DNA of 64,000 bases. Source: Haplodiscus bocki. Taxonomy: Eukaryota. Each line of letters starts with the position of its first letter. The stretch's first letter is position 1. Positions 23,470-36,899 of the stretch are shown in pieces. A model generated the notes under the pieces. The model saw nothing but the letters and a program-made list of their open reading frames with translations, was not told where the DNA came from and searched no databases. A program made the position numbers and the translations under genes. The stretch is from the NCBI GenBank assembly GCA_965655095.1, contig OZ296651.1, positions 52,204,001 to 52,268,000 on the forward strand. Reading direction: 5' to 3'.

Positions 23470-23509
23470 GTGACTGGCCGACATGGCGGGGCTGAGCGAT
23501 AAGAGTAAA
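23470..23509 (+). repeat. Dispersed repeat core shared with 30312-30350, near a tRNA-like segment (23258-23311)
   Basis: gtgactggccgacatggcggggctgagcgataagagtaaa vs gtgattgaccgactaagcgaggctgagcgctagagtaaa; B-box-like GTTCGAATCC at ~23299. Confidence 0.5.
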
Positions 23510-24359
23510 GCAGAAGTATTATTCATTTTTATTCGTTTTTAAGCCGATCACTGTCGATGCGCATTTTTTTGTCACAATTAGCACTAGATGATTGTGGCAT
23601 GGAGCTAGCCAAAGTCAGGATCATTTGGGGTGGTGGTTAATGACAATGGTTTTCTGCACTTTGTTAGTACGACCATCTGTTTTCGAATCCATCGCAGCAT
23701 ACTATTTTTCGAATTCGAAATCACCTTTTTTCTCAGTTTTGGTATTTTTGGAAAGAAAAACCAAATTCTGAATTGGAACAGAACTGTTTTCTGCTTTGAA
23801 GAATTAATTTTTCAAGTTGGCCCCAGATGGAAAGTTTCAAGATTTTACTTTATTGTCGCTGAGATTTCTAATTGTTACATAAAATTCTATCTTTTATATT
23901 CCTTTCGAAATTGAGCTGAAAATTCTCCCGTCATGTATTTATTTTGCTATTTTCGCCCGATTTTTTATGGTGTTTTTCAGCAAGTCATTTTTCGCGCTAA
24001 TTTGAAGTATGATATCAACTTATAATTTTTGCAAATTGGCATATTTTTTTGGGAAAAAAATGTCAAATTTTCGTGTGTACAGTGTACGATAACATGTCAA
24101 GATTTGCTGCTTTTTTTCGCAATTTTACCTTACGAATCTTTTTTTGCATACGTTTCCAGATCCAGCAGAGATGAATACGAAATATTATGTCGATTTTTTT
24201 CCATGTTCTGAAAGGGAATATTTCAGGAATTTCTGTTTTTAGTGTTCTGAAATAGGCTGGAAGTGGCTAATTTTCCAATTTTTCGAGAAATGTCGTTTTG
24301 AATTCAATACCAACTTTCCAGCCACTGTGGCTGATTAATACAAAACAGACCGAGATGAA

Positions 24360-25900
24360 TCAAATATAGTCAGAAGCTTTGAATCGTTTGTTATCAATGC
24401 AGTTCTGAGGCCATTGTTTTTTGAGACGATTGGTTAGTCTGTATTTCGATTTTTCGGATCTGCAACGAAAGCAAGATTCCCGAATATTGGACCATTGTGA
24501 AACTTGCAGAACAGATACATGGATGTTTTTGAATCGGGGGTTTTCGATGGTTGCAAAAAGTGTGGAAGCGATTGGAAAAGAATGGCATATGCCACCGAAA
24601 ATGCCGAAAATGAAACGATAAACGACATAACCAGATGGACGAGTGAAATCGAGGTCAACTGTCCAGCCGTTGGAGCTGTTGGCGTCAAAGTCTCTGAAGC
24701 GAATTAAGAGCAGGAAACTCGGCAATGTGTTTCTCAAGATATTATTTCAATGGTAATGGCTGGAGGAATTGAGACGGTCGAGTCCCTCGGAATCGTTGAG
24801 GTTTTTTTATTGTTGCAACTAGAATACATTAACTTGTGATGTGAAACTGCTTTAATGAGGCAGTGAAATGCCTAAAAGTTATGATACTTGCTGGAGGAGT
24901 AGGCGTTCAGAATATGCGGATTTCAAAATCTTAATCCAATGTATTGAGTGTTTTGTAGAAAAGGAAGCCTATCAGGTCTTCGCGAAAAAAAAGTCATGTT
25001 CCAGGCAGCTGTCATGAGTGAGAAAATTATCCAGTTGGCAAAAAACGGTTCCATTGATTTAGTTTGTTGTGCTGGGCCCAAAAATGTCACATTGAAGTCG
25101 GTGTAAAAGCAGCACATCTGCAATGAATCAATCAAAATGATCAAATTTTGGATGAACTTTGTCCGGAAGCTACATCCGCTGCTGGACAGGTTTCGATATT
25201 GTCGACATTTTTGTCTGGTAGGTCATGCTGGTAGGTCATGCTTTCTTTTCAGTGAATGTCAGTGGCTGCTTGAACATGCCACTGATTTTGACGCTTGGCC
25301 AACAGAGTTCATGGTGGAAGGCAAATGAAAACTCTGGTATGGACGCAGTGGTTAAAGGAGAGCTATTTGAAGGAGAGCGTCACACTTCATTAGTTCTGGG
25401 TTTGCAATCGAATGTGAACAACGTCACACTAGAAGTAGAGGCTAACGAGGTCACACAACGAGCGTTACTTTCATTTGTGGCATAACTGTGTGACCCTTTG
25501 GCACTCTTTTTACCATTCACGATGAGAATGTGAAGCCTTCTGAACACAATCTGGGCCAAAAGTGGACAGCAGTGAGTTGATAAAATTGCCGTGGAAAATA
25601 AGATGCAGTTTCTGAAATGGATCTACGAATTGGCTCAGCCGAAGTTCATGCACTTGAACAGACGATATTGTGAGCGAAAATATGAGAAATTGATTTGCAG
25701 ATGTTCTCAGATGCCTCTTTTGAATCAAAATGTAAAATGGCGTAGCTGCCAGCTAGAGAATGGTGGATCGAATTTCACTGGCAAGTGCAGAATCGCTCCA
25801 TTGAATCTGCACACGAAACCCAAACTGGAATTTCAGGGTGTACTTTACTCTGAGGTTGAAGCAGATGATGGCTGAAGATAATGACATCCAGATTCAGAAA
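24360..25900 (-). pseudogene. Probable decayed rhodopsin-family (class A) GPCR pseudogene
   Basis: TM1-ICL1-TM2-like FYILIQKRHLRTSANQFLIFSLTISS (~25740-25660), TM3-like SLASTSSVTLFTFD(C) (~25450-25405) and TM7/helix-8-like FIFGIFGGICHSF...TLFATIENPRFK (~24620-24525), in the correct order but in different frames with stops. Confidence 0.45.
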
Positions 25901-28900
25901 GTGACACATTAGACAGACTCGATGTTTGCTTGCAGTGGCCACATTTTGCAAACCAAAGGCATCAAACATCGTTAGCCAGTGGTGTTGGAGTATTGCTTGA
26001 TCGATCCATGATGAACGAATGTCGAAATCTGAAGGTTACAATGAATCCCGGAAACATCGGCACAAGAGGGTTCTGTGTGTCATAGTCCTTACAAAGTGAA
26101 TGGCTAATTGGGCCTGGTTGGCACTGCATCCCAATGGCACTGCATCCCAATTCAGCACTAGAATATGCAAAACTAGTGATGGCATCGTATTGGAAACTAA
26201 TCCAACCGAGATTGTGATAGATTGGTCAAGTTTCAGTGAAAACCATTGATTGATTAACGCCGTTGTCTACTTTCTTCCATTTAGATCAAAGCAGCTAGGA
26301 ATTGGGTTAGCTTGGGAAGTTCAAAAGGCTGAACTGTTGATTTTGCATTTCGGTTCTGTGCGGTGTTTGATGAAATTTGGGAGAGGCTTGTTCTCAGCTG
26401 CGAGAAACCCATGATGGCGATTCTTGGCCTTCGTCATTCGACGTTTCCAGTGTTCGCAACCACGATTCATCTGACGGAACAGACATTGACGCCTGTGAGT
26501 AATGATCTTGAGGACTTGGAAACATTGACGCCAAATCACTCTGTGGGAATCCCAGAAACTTGATAAACTCTCATTTTCGGCAGCTTCTTAGTTCCTCTAA
26601 GAACCTTTATACATCAATTTGATCACCCAACACGCCAAGCATGAGATGTTACCAATGAGTTGAAAATTAGCGTGTTGTGCACCCTAATTGGATATAAAGT
26701 TATGAATTGTCCTTGGACACTACCCTGACATTTAAGTGCTGTTTCTCAAAAAAATGCTGCTGAGGACTGGGTCTTAGGATCTGACTGACCTCTGTTGGGG
26801 CCGTCTACGTCCGCAAGCCAAATATCTTCCATTTTTGATTTGAAAAGCTTTCGTTTTTGCGCATCCTGTTTTTTCCTGAAATTGCAGTACAGGTATCTGA
26901 AACTAATGTGTGATTGGTAATTTCTGATCATCAATTTTGACTCCGGAGTTTCCTTTGCGCTTTTTTCACCGAGCCTACTTTGCAAATATTTTATTGAATA
27001 GTTCAGCATAAACTGTAATGTTTTTGCTAGTTTTCTTTAAGTTATTATAGCAATTCTCAAGGTAAATTTAGCTAATTTCTTCATCTGTGATTGTTCAATT
27101 ATTTATTTCAACTATTATAAGTTCGTTTTTTTTTTGCTTTGAAATCATTTGATCGGTGTTTTTTTGTTCTTCGTTTGCACGTTTTTGACTAGTAATTGAT
27201 TGTCTGCAATGAATGGTTTCGTGGTTTTAATATGATTTATGAACCATTTTTCGTAATCTTTTGGCATGATTTTCTAGTTCCTGTATCTTTTGCCCTTCAA
27301 AACCATTGCTCACGCTGCGCACACGCGAGCCTTGTGCTTTGACATCCCTTGTGTCGTGTGTGATTCCAGGTGCCTTTTTCTGGTATTTGATTCAGATCGA
27401 TCTTAAAAGTTTAGAGTTAAATTTCCAGTTTGACCATTTCTGAAATATCATGTATTCTTTCATTCTGAGCTTTTTTTAACCCCACCTGATTATTTTGCGA
27501 AGCCACATGTTACTTCTGATCTTAACAACTTCCTTTTTCGTCTTTCATCGCAATTTAATAATCTGCTTTAATGGTACCGATAGGTTGTTTGTTATTTAAA
27601 TTGTTCGCTCTCCCTCTTAGTTGATTTTGGAGTAACACTGGTATGCAGTTGACCAATAAGTTAAAAATCAATGCGTTCACTTCTTCATAATCGAGCGTGA
27701 AGGAATGACTGCAACCGCAGTTTTGGCTATAATCACCTCGGTTGTCTTGTTCGAAGAGAATTTTGAGATGGAAATTCTCGAAGTTGGGAATTGCTGACAA
27801 GTGCAGCTGTTTAAAATCTGTTGAATGTACAGTCCGTTCGGAATCAGTAATCCTGCTGTTTAGTGAAACGTGGGACGAAGCATGGGCCGACGAAACGTTC
27901 TAATCCGTTGTTTAGATTTGAGCAGTCGTTACAAGTTACATTTTCGTATATTTTATACCAAAATAATACGTAAGTACATTTTTTCGAAATCAACTCCATC
28001 CAATGAGTTTTTTGAGGCATACGAACTCTGCCGACTTGGGCCGTTCACGACTTGTTTATATTAGCCGAAAAAGTAATTTTCATTCAGTCACATGGTAAAT
28101 ATTGGTTGCGTTTACAGCTTTTTTTTAGTCAAGAGTTTTTGGACTTTCTTTGGAAGTCATAACTTCATGCCTGAGCGTCTGAATCTCTATACTGTATATC
28201 GATGTAAAGAAGGCGGGAACGACTGAAGTTGGCGCTGCAGGTATGGCTCAAAATATCAATGAGAAATGAGAATATCCTTTCTTGGACAATTTTCGCTTTC
28301 CTGACAAAATGTTTAATAGAGTCGCGTATTTGTTCGGGTAATTTTATTGTCTCACGTGTCCGAAATTTTTCTTTGGTACTATATAAGCTGCCTTTGAAAA
28401 GATATAAGTATACTTTTCCGTATTATTTTCAGAAATTTGGTCGTTGTAAGGGAAAGTATCAGTAGTTTTCCTATTTTCTAACTGGAGGTTGTTTTCTCAA
28501 AAATTGATGGTTTATCCCGATATGCGTTATATACGGTTAAAAAACCAGAAGAACTGAGATCCCATGTATGAGCGTTGCGGTTCGAAGTTCTGTCGATGGG
28601 ATTCCTGTTTGAGGAAGCTGGAAGGGGTTCAATTTTTAACGTGCTGTGCTCGAATGAACTCCCTTAATGTTTCGAGTAGTTTTGGTCTTTTTTCCAGTTT
28701 ATAAAACTCCATTAATAATTTCCCGACTTCTCGCTAGCATTCGATACATTTTGACCTCGAATATTATTACCTAATTTCCAACGCAAGGTCCGAAGTCTAA
28801 CCTTTTGGAAAAGGTTGGGATAAAATCGAGTTATTTACTTCAACTAATAAGCATGCGCGTTAACTTGGCAAATATAGTCAATATTCGAGTGGCAGATAAT

Positions 28901-29809
28901 CGGGGGATAAATGTGGGTACTGCAAAGTTTTTGATACTTTTGTTTTGACCCCCCCCCCCAAAAAAACTGAAAATAATTTTGGGCTAATTCCGTATAATAA
29001 CGATGAGTTAAATGATTCATCATTTTTCCTCCAGGATTCGGTTAGCATCTTTGATCTGTTAACGTGGTGGCTAATCGATGGCAAGCGGGGGGTACTGAGA
29101 ATATTGTTCCATAGTTTTTCATTTTTTGATAAGTGCGGTATATTCAAACAAAAATTCAGTAGAACCTCAATTGTCCAGCAACATTGGCACGTTGGCAGAC
29201 CTAATTGGTACAAGTTCGAGGGTTTACTGAAATTTCATTAATATTCCAGGGAAGGCCATTAGTTTCCGGAACCGTAGTTTTTGTCTTGGGAAAAAACTTC
29301 CGAAGGGAACTTTAGGGTTCACGAGATTTTATGCTGAGTTGCGTGGTAAAAATAATGTCGATTGAACGAGTGCGATGGCAGCATTTTGTTATTTAAATTG
29401 ACGACTTAACAGTTTTACCGACGAGTGGGTCAGTTCAAACTTCCAGCTGAAAATATGCTTCCTTTGTGTTCTCGAGCAGTGTTGCCTTATTGAATATGCT
29501 CTAATTAGACGTCTGAGTGCGCTCGTGACCTAATTTTTGAATGAACATAACTTTGAAAACATATCTATCATTTTACAGACCGGCTTGCTGCAAAATTATC
29601 TGCCCCGTTTTTGTGCGTTAAATTATTCAAAAACTTGAACTTTTTTCGTTAAATTGTCACTAATGGAAGACTTATTGTCCACTTTTGCTTGCACGCTATA
29701 ATTTCTCCGCTAACGGTGGGAATTGCTCCATGTCAAAAAAAAGAGTGATGAGAAAAGGCCGTTTGCTGCCAAACAGTGCAACCAGTGCGGAAAAACTTGT
29801 TAAATTTGA

Positions 29810-30020
29810 AGACACCAAAGGGTCTCCCCTACGGAGTTTCTCGGTATTGCGAGACAAAAAAACTGAGTCAAAAATTGTGATACCCTTTGGCTATTCCAAA
29901 AGTCACAAATTTTAGAACACCAAAGGTGTCCCCTTATGATTTTTTTGGTAGTGTAAAATTTTTGTCTACCAAAAACTGTTCTCGGAAAAAACCCAAAACA
30001 TTTTCAAAACACCAAAAACT
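29810..30020 (+). repeat. Diverged copies of the ~120-bp array unit
   Basis: acaccaaagggtctcccctacggagtttctcggtattgcgagacaaaaaa matches the unit at 4793-5625; a second partial unit starts at ~29915. Confidence 0.7.
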
Positions 30021-32199
30021 TATTCAAATTTGCGATGCCTAGACGTCGGTGAAGTGGCAAGGATTAACTGTTCCGTAGTTTTATGACAGAAAATGTGACT
30101 TGTCAATGGAAAATCAGCGATGTCTTCACTTAAGTAGTTCGTTGAATGTTTTTTTCAAGACTGGCTGTTTTATTGCGCCCATTCGTTGCTAATTCAACTA
30201 CTCGCTACCTTAACTTCTATCGAGAAGTACGGATGGTATGTTTCGGTTATACGTATTAAACTTGTCTTAATGCCTACAGATTTTTTTCTTTCCCACTTCG
30301 GAAACGCTGGGGTGATTGACCGACTAAGCGAGGCTGAGCGCTAGAGTAAACGGGACAATTACTGCTCACTATTGTTCTTTTGTGTTAACTTACTTCCCTT
30401 GGCTCAAGCTAGAGAGCACGTCAGTATTTAGTCTTAGATTTCAAGTAATTCATTCAAATAATCGCATATTTGTCAATTTAATTCGCGTCTTATTTTACTG
30501 CTTTTCAAAATGGTGACCTCATCGTGTCAAAAAATTGTTGATTTTCAAAGCGTCGAAAAATTGCAAACTATTTGAAGCGGCCAAAATTGTTCAGTAGGCC
30601 ATGGAAAAGAAAATTTTCTACTTTTTGAATAGTGTGCAATTTTTCGACGTGATTTGGATGTTTGGTAAGTTGGCATAATCCCAATTTTTTTTAAAGCATT
30701 CTAAGTTCTTAACGTTTAATTTCCGAGTCTCCTTGGTGACCGTTTTTTACTGTTTAGTTATTGGTCGATAAAAAGGTTGTAGTTTTCATATTTAAACTAC
30801 AACCTTTTTGGACACGTTGTTCAAATGGCTTTTGTTTGGCGTTTTGGAACCGATCGGTTCTTTGTCGCACCATTGCATGCTACCAATATCAAAGTTCGTT
30901 GAAGGGTACAACATTTTTCAGAGGGGACCATGACAGCGATCGGCCAATCTGAAATCCACTGTAACGGTTATTCATCGGTTCTTTTGATATACCTAGAAAT
31001 TGATGTGCATAAATTTTCTTTCATTGGCTTAAGATTCACGGAAAAACAACATTTAAACCCTTTTGCATATTATGCTTTTCTTTTTGCCAAATTTGTAGAA
31101 AGCTGGAGTATTTGTTCTTCAGAATTTCAAGTCACTTATGCTACATTGCTAGATTTATGATGAAAGTTGCCTGAAATTTCGTATGCAAAGGGATTTATCG
31201 TAAGAATTTCGGATATGCCTTTCCGAGACCTTAGTTTCTGGTGTACGCAGAGAAGGCGACTCGCAAACATTTGTTACATCAACTTTAAAAATAGCAGTGG
31301 TACCAGAAAAGTTGAAAAAAGGAAACATGCCAAAATTGAACCAGTTCAAAGTGAGTTTCTCATTGTTCGAAAAAAGTCACTGTAATAGTAGGGGCTCTCC
31401 AAAGGGATGATCCGAGAAGCCCGACCTTTGAAACAATTTAGGTTTTTAGGCCAGCGGAGCAATAGAGAGGCGAGACTTCCCCAGGCAAACACATGTGAAT
31501 GCAGAAGTTGCTTTTTGAAAAGCGCAATAATTTTGAGGCCAATTTTTTGACATCTGCTAAGTATTTGAGGAGAAAAACGGACAATGTTTGTATAAATTTT
31601 TGTCTAACTCTCCAAATACTTGGGAAATTTTCTGCCACAAATAGTACAGTGGCAAAGAGAGGACGCTCGGCAGTATCTGGGAAGTGCCATGAAATAATTT
31701 AAATTACTTTCAGCTTTCTGTCAGCGCTTGTAATTGCTATCTTGAGAAATTCCGGAATCATAGGTGAATTGTTGTGTGAGCCGGTGTCAAAATCACAAAT
31801 CTTGAAAGCATCTGGGAAGTCTTTAAGAAGTTTCGAAAGTCCTATTCGCCCAAGAGCGGGTATGTCTTTCTGCTGGAGTTTGTCAATATGAGAATTTTTC
31901 TCTTCAATTTCTGAAATCCTCGGACACGAAAATAACACACATTCAGAGCGAGTAGACTAGTCTGTTATGCTTCGTTTTTGGGACCTCCCAGGGGTGATTG
32001 TCGTTATTTCTATTTCTTTTCAGTGAACGTCTCTATTTACTTTCGTTCAATTTCGAGGTGGATGATAGTTATCCATCTAAGTAATTCGCTTCACTTTCAA
32101 GTGAGTGGGGGGTTGATGAGGAACACTGATCTTCGTCAGACTGAGAGGAAGAATCTGTATTGAAGCGTGCTTATGCCCAGTTTTTATCCTGTTGAAACC

Positions 32200-33000
32200 T
32201 TCGTTTTTCTAAGGGTCAATTCATCTAGTGTAAACGTTCTGTTTTGAGACATTTGGTAGGTTGTTCTGTTTTGTTCACTTTTGCCTTCAAAAAAAGATTT
32301 TAAAGTTTGCCTGAAAAAAGGAACCTTTTCCCTGAAAGGTCATGTTTGACATATCAGTGTTTTGAATGAGACATCTTGGGCGGGTAATTGTTCGTTTTCT
32401 CGTTGTTTACTACGCGAATCTCTTATAAACATTGGGCTGTAAAATGGCGTAACCTAGAAAGACATGATTGACAGATCAAGTGTTTTAGTGCGAGACACTT
32501 AATCAGGTACTTATATTATTTCAACTTTTTCGACCAAATCGTTGATTGACAGCTTGTGCACCATTTCTAAATCTCTCCGATGATGGTTTTAAAGGTCTTT
32601 GAGGATCTGTGATCTTAGCCTTGGTGGTATAGTAGAATCGGTCGAAAACGAGGTTTTTGGTAGGTACTTGTCCGTTTTCACATTCGAAATAGTGATAATT
32701 TTCCTAAATGTTGGTCTAAATAATATGAACAATAGTGTCTTAGAAACTATTGCTTGGCAGAACTGTAATTATTTCCAATACGAGATCTCGTGGGCGGCTA
32801 CATTTTCGCGTTGTAAAGTGTGAAAATTTCTGATGAATGGCATTACCGAAAAAGACATGATTGACCGATCAAATGTTTCAGTAGGAAACACTGACAAGTA
32901 CTTATTTCAACTTTTTCGAACCAACTTTTGATTGGAATCTGGTGTAGTATTTCTGGAAGTGTCAGTGATGCATCAGATCATGGATTGAAATGTCTCGCAA
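32200..33000. repeat. Degenerate tandem/segmental repeats
   Basis: aaagacatgattgac(a/c)gatcaa(g/a)tgttt...acact...gtactta..ttcaactttttcga at ~32458 and ~32851, with weaker units at ~32212 and ~32335. Confidence 0.6.
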
Positions 33001-33115
33001 GGTCTGTGGCTGCATATCTCTGATCTCAACTGACAAGTCAGAATGTGTTGGGAAGTCCCGCTTCGCCTCTTGTGTTTTGAAAAGTTCTTATTTTGTAACT
33101 CTTATTGCCTAACTT

Positions 33116-35447
33116 TGTTACAGGACTTTTGCTGCTAGCCCGTTTGCTACTACGTAAATTGCTACTTGGTCATTTGCTAATAGGTACCATATGCCATACA
33201 TGATCACAATCTATTTAAACAATTGCGTAATTTGATTGACAGCGTGCGGTACGCGCATCAAAAGCAGAATAGTAAACAGCATTAAACGCCAGTAAACAAT
33301 TCATAACTTTCACTCAATTGTCTACACGTAAACAAAATGACTTACTCGATTTCAACAAATGCGTAACTTGATTGACAGTCGTTCTTTCTTTCGGACATGC
33401 GGTATGTGCTTCAAAAGCAAAGAAGTAAACCACATTATACTCCAGCTAACAACTCTTATCGTACGCGTGCATAAAAATACTCAGCTATCGAACAAAAAAT
33501 TTTATACGATGCACTGTTGCTACCTTATTGAACCGCCTTTACGTTGGCATTTGTTGCCGAATGGGTACTGCTTGTGCCTGTGAAGTTTGAAACGAGTTCG
33601 AACCTTCCGTTCGCCAGTTTTTCCAGGAAATCCGAAATATTCAATTCTCGGCTGACACAATTTCCTGGAGTTTGGAAAAACCGGGTTGCGGCGGGGAAGG
33701 GTAGAAAAAACCCTTAAAAAGGCCCTGATCCAGGCAACAAAATTTGAGCTCTCAATTTGCAGTTAGTTTTCGAGAAAATTGCATTTTTTGAAAAATTTCG
33801 AAAATACACAAGACCAAATTATAATAACTTGAATAACAAATCATGTCAATCAGTCTCTGGAGATGAGCGATGCTCCTTAGGAAAGGATTAATATTTTCTT
33901 TGTTTTTGTCATAGGAATTAATGAGAGTTTGCACTCGGGGATTCAGCTGTTTATATTTTCTGCGCGGTTTCTTTTCGTGACCAATCACAGCCTGTAGGGC
34001 ATTGAATTTTTGGAGTAGTGCATCTTGGCGGAACTTCTGGAGGAAAGTCCAAATGTCCGGATGACTGCCGCTAAAAAGCGACTGGATTCCATAATGCCAG
34101 CCTTCAACTGCATTATTTGTCCTCGCTAGCCCTTCAGAAGCTGCATTGGTTTGATTCCATATTGAGGGTTCAAATAATGAGACTCTGCTAGTACCTGTAA
34201 TGTTGGTTTTTTGGAAATACGACCAAAAAAGCAGTTGCAGGTACCATCTTCAAGGCTAAGGCCAACTCTGGGGATGCTGTATAAGCTTTTTTCAAGCCGA
34301 CTTCATTTATTTTCGCAGAACGGATTGACAAAGATGAAAGTAACATCCAGTAATTTGTGCAGCTGGGAACGTTGTGGAAAAAGCATTAACAGCCGCCCTC
34401 TCGAAGTCCATCATTATTCTTTCGGAATTTGCATTCGGTATTAATTTTAGTAGGGCTTGGGTAAAATCATGGTTCGTTTTTTTTCAGTTTTGTTTGGTAA
34501 GAGAGCGTATATACAGGGTTGGTTGTAACCGCCAATTGTAACATGAATTGTGTACAATTGGTAAAACAATGTCCGGACATTGCTTGAAGGTTCCGTCACC
34601 AAGCCATAAGTTTTTTGTGGTTTCAAGCAAAAGAAGCATCTCTGTCAAGGAAAATTTGATGAATCTTTCGGGTTCATCTTTTCCTTTGTCGAAAGTAACA
34701 AAGTCCTTGAACTCTTCGGGAATTTGAAAATCTTTTCCTTGAGGTATGTGCGGAAGAGCATTTGGAAATTTTTTCTTGTATTTATTGAGTGACTTGACAA
34801 TAGTCTCTTGAGGTGGCAAATTCATTTGCGTTGCCGCGTGTTTTTGAATTTCTTGGGAAGTCGATGCGATGCCCACGTAGTTCGTTGTTGTTAGTGCCTT
34901 TTCCTTCATTTTGTTTTTGGCTTGTCTCGCTTCCGTTGCTCCTGGCTTAAAGTTGCGAATATGATCTTTTGGCATTTTTATAATTTCACTTCCTGACGTT
35001 TTTACTAAACTTGAACATTTAATTTGACGATAATGGCGGCAAATCCAATATATTGTTGTGTTCGTTTCTTGCTTTTTGATGTATTCATAACCTTGGTATA
35101 TGAGAGTTGGGCGTCCTCGCTTGGACGTTTTAATTCAATGTTCATGTCGATGAGCTAGTTGACAATTGAGTGACATTTAACTGATGTCTCACATATATAT
35201 ATACATAGCGAATAGATGATTACTTAATTAAGAGATTAGTAAATTACGTTAATTATGCTAATTATGCAGCGGAAGTGCGTCAGTTGTAAATGTCTTAATA
35301 CAATACTTGTTAATAAGTAGTGGCAACGTAGCAGTAGTAGCATATTGACTAGTAGCAGTTATCACCTAGTAGCAAACTGCCTAGTAGCATTTGTTCTAGT
35401 ATGAAAGGCCTGGTAGCAAATTAACTAGTAGCAAACGCCTTGACACC
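33116..35447 (-). mobile_element. MULE/Mutator DNA transposon (FLYWCH + DDE transposase), defective
   Basis: 9-bp TSD gcctaactt at 33107-33115 and 35448-35456. Imperfect TIRs (tgttacaggacttttgctgctag / ggtgtcaaggcgtttgctactag) with subterminal tagtagcaaa repeats; internal transposase remnant. Confidence 0.92.
33860..35145 (-). pseudogene. FLYWCH-MULE transposase pseudogene
   Basis: KTSKRGRPTLIYQGYEY...IYWICRHY...KC...H (FLYWCH), LWLGDGTFKQCP, YQLYTIH and RTNNAVEGWH...HPDIWTFLQKF; frameshifts and an apparent internal deletion. Confidence 0.9.
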
Positions 35448-36899
35448 GCCTAACTTCCTTGATACTTATGTTTTAATAGTTTATCGGCATTTTATCAGTG
35501 GGGTTGCACTGAGCGAACAAAAACCGTCTTTCATTTGATCCGTAGCAACGTATCCCGGACAAGTTTTTCTAGAGCAGTTCTCGAAACTTTTGTCTAGAAA
35601 TTGCTGCTGACTCCTTTTCTCCAGATATGATTTCAACATGCAAGTTTTTTTCAAGACCAGTGTGTTCAAAAAACATTCAAACATCCACAATTTTTCGGCG
35701 AATGTATAGAAAACATTTCATTACGGCACTGGTATCCAGGAAAACTTCAAACTTCTTGAAGAAAAAATTGTTGCTCAGCGGCCGCAATGCTCCCAATCAA
35801 AGCACCGTTATTGTTCAGCCGATGCTTTTTGTTGAGACCAAATTCATAATTTAAGAGAATCGACCTCCACTGATGTAAATTTGAAGTTCTATGGTCTGCT
35901 CTGGCGTATTGTCAACTGTTCAACTCGAAAACGAATTGTTTCTCACGTTTACATGACTTTGGCTGAATTTTGACTAGCAAATTCAAGCATCTATTTGAGG
36001 TGTTCGCGTGAGTAGTCTCGGCACAAGTGTAGAAAAGCACAAAATGTAAAACAAGTTTCTATTAAAAATTTGTAGCTTGGGTGAACGTGACCAAGCTTTT
36101 GGATTCAGGAATATAATTAGCTGATTTTTCAGCTGCCGAACCGCCAGCTGATTACCGACCACTTGCGATGTTTTGTCGTAGCGTTCACAACTCGCACAAG
36201 ACGAATCGTGTGATGAATTTCGCTTGCCTTCTCCTTGAGCCCGTTTCTGGCCTCCGAATTTCTTCCCGATTTTATTGCATCGAAATGTTCCTTTGAGCTT
36301 GTAGAATCCCATAAGAGAGCCAAATTTTGAAAATCGGAAGGGATGGAAACGGCTCGACGTATAAGGTGCCGTGTATTGTTCTATACCGTTCTTCGGACGG
36401 CTCATAAAAAAGCGTGTGTGGCATTACTGAGATTTGCTCTGCTATCGCTTATTGCTAACAGCAGTAAAAAACAAGGAAAATTTTTATAACAATATTTTCT
36501 TATATCCAATTTTGGGCAAAGCAAGTGGACAAAGAGCAAATTTTTTGGGAACTTTGTTCCGTTCTGTCGAAACCCATTAAAAGCGTTATTTTTTTAAAAT
36601 AAATGTCACCACTCATCTTTAAGAAGTGAAAAATGCTTCACAAAGTTTTTTCATGCCTGCTGTAAACGGCGCCATGTACGATTAACGGCAAAGTGAACAC
36701 TCTGTGGCACGGTTGGCTGTATACTATCAAATTGCCCATACCTGAAAAGCAGCGCTTGAGTGTTTTGTTACCGCAACACCTGAAAAAAATTTTTGAGGTA
36801 AGCAACTCCTTTTATTCGGATTCACGTGAACACTCTCCACTGCCCAGTCACCATCATTAGTCTGTGAAAATTTTCGAAAAAAAAATCAAATTTCTCCCA

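Noticed and set aside
26746-27009. 87-aa minus-strand ORF as an exon
   Set aside because: No homology recognised and no clear flanking splice sites.
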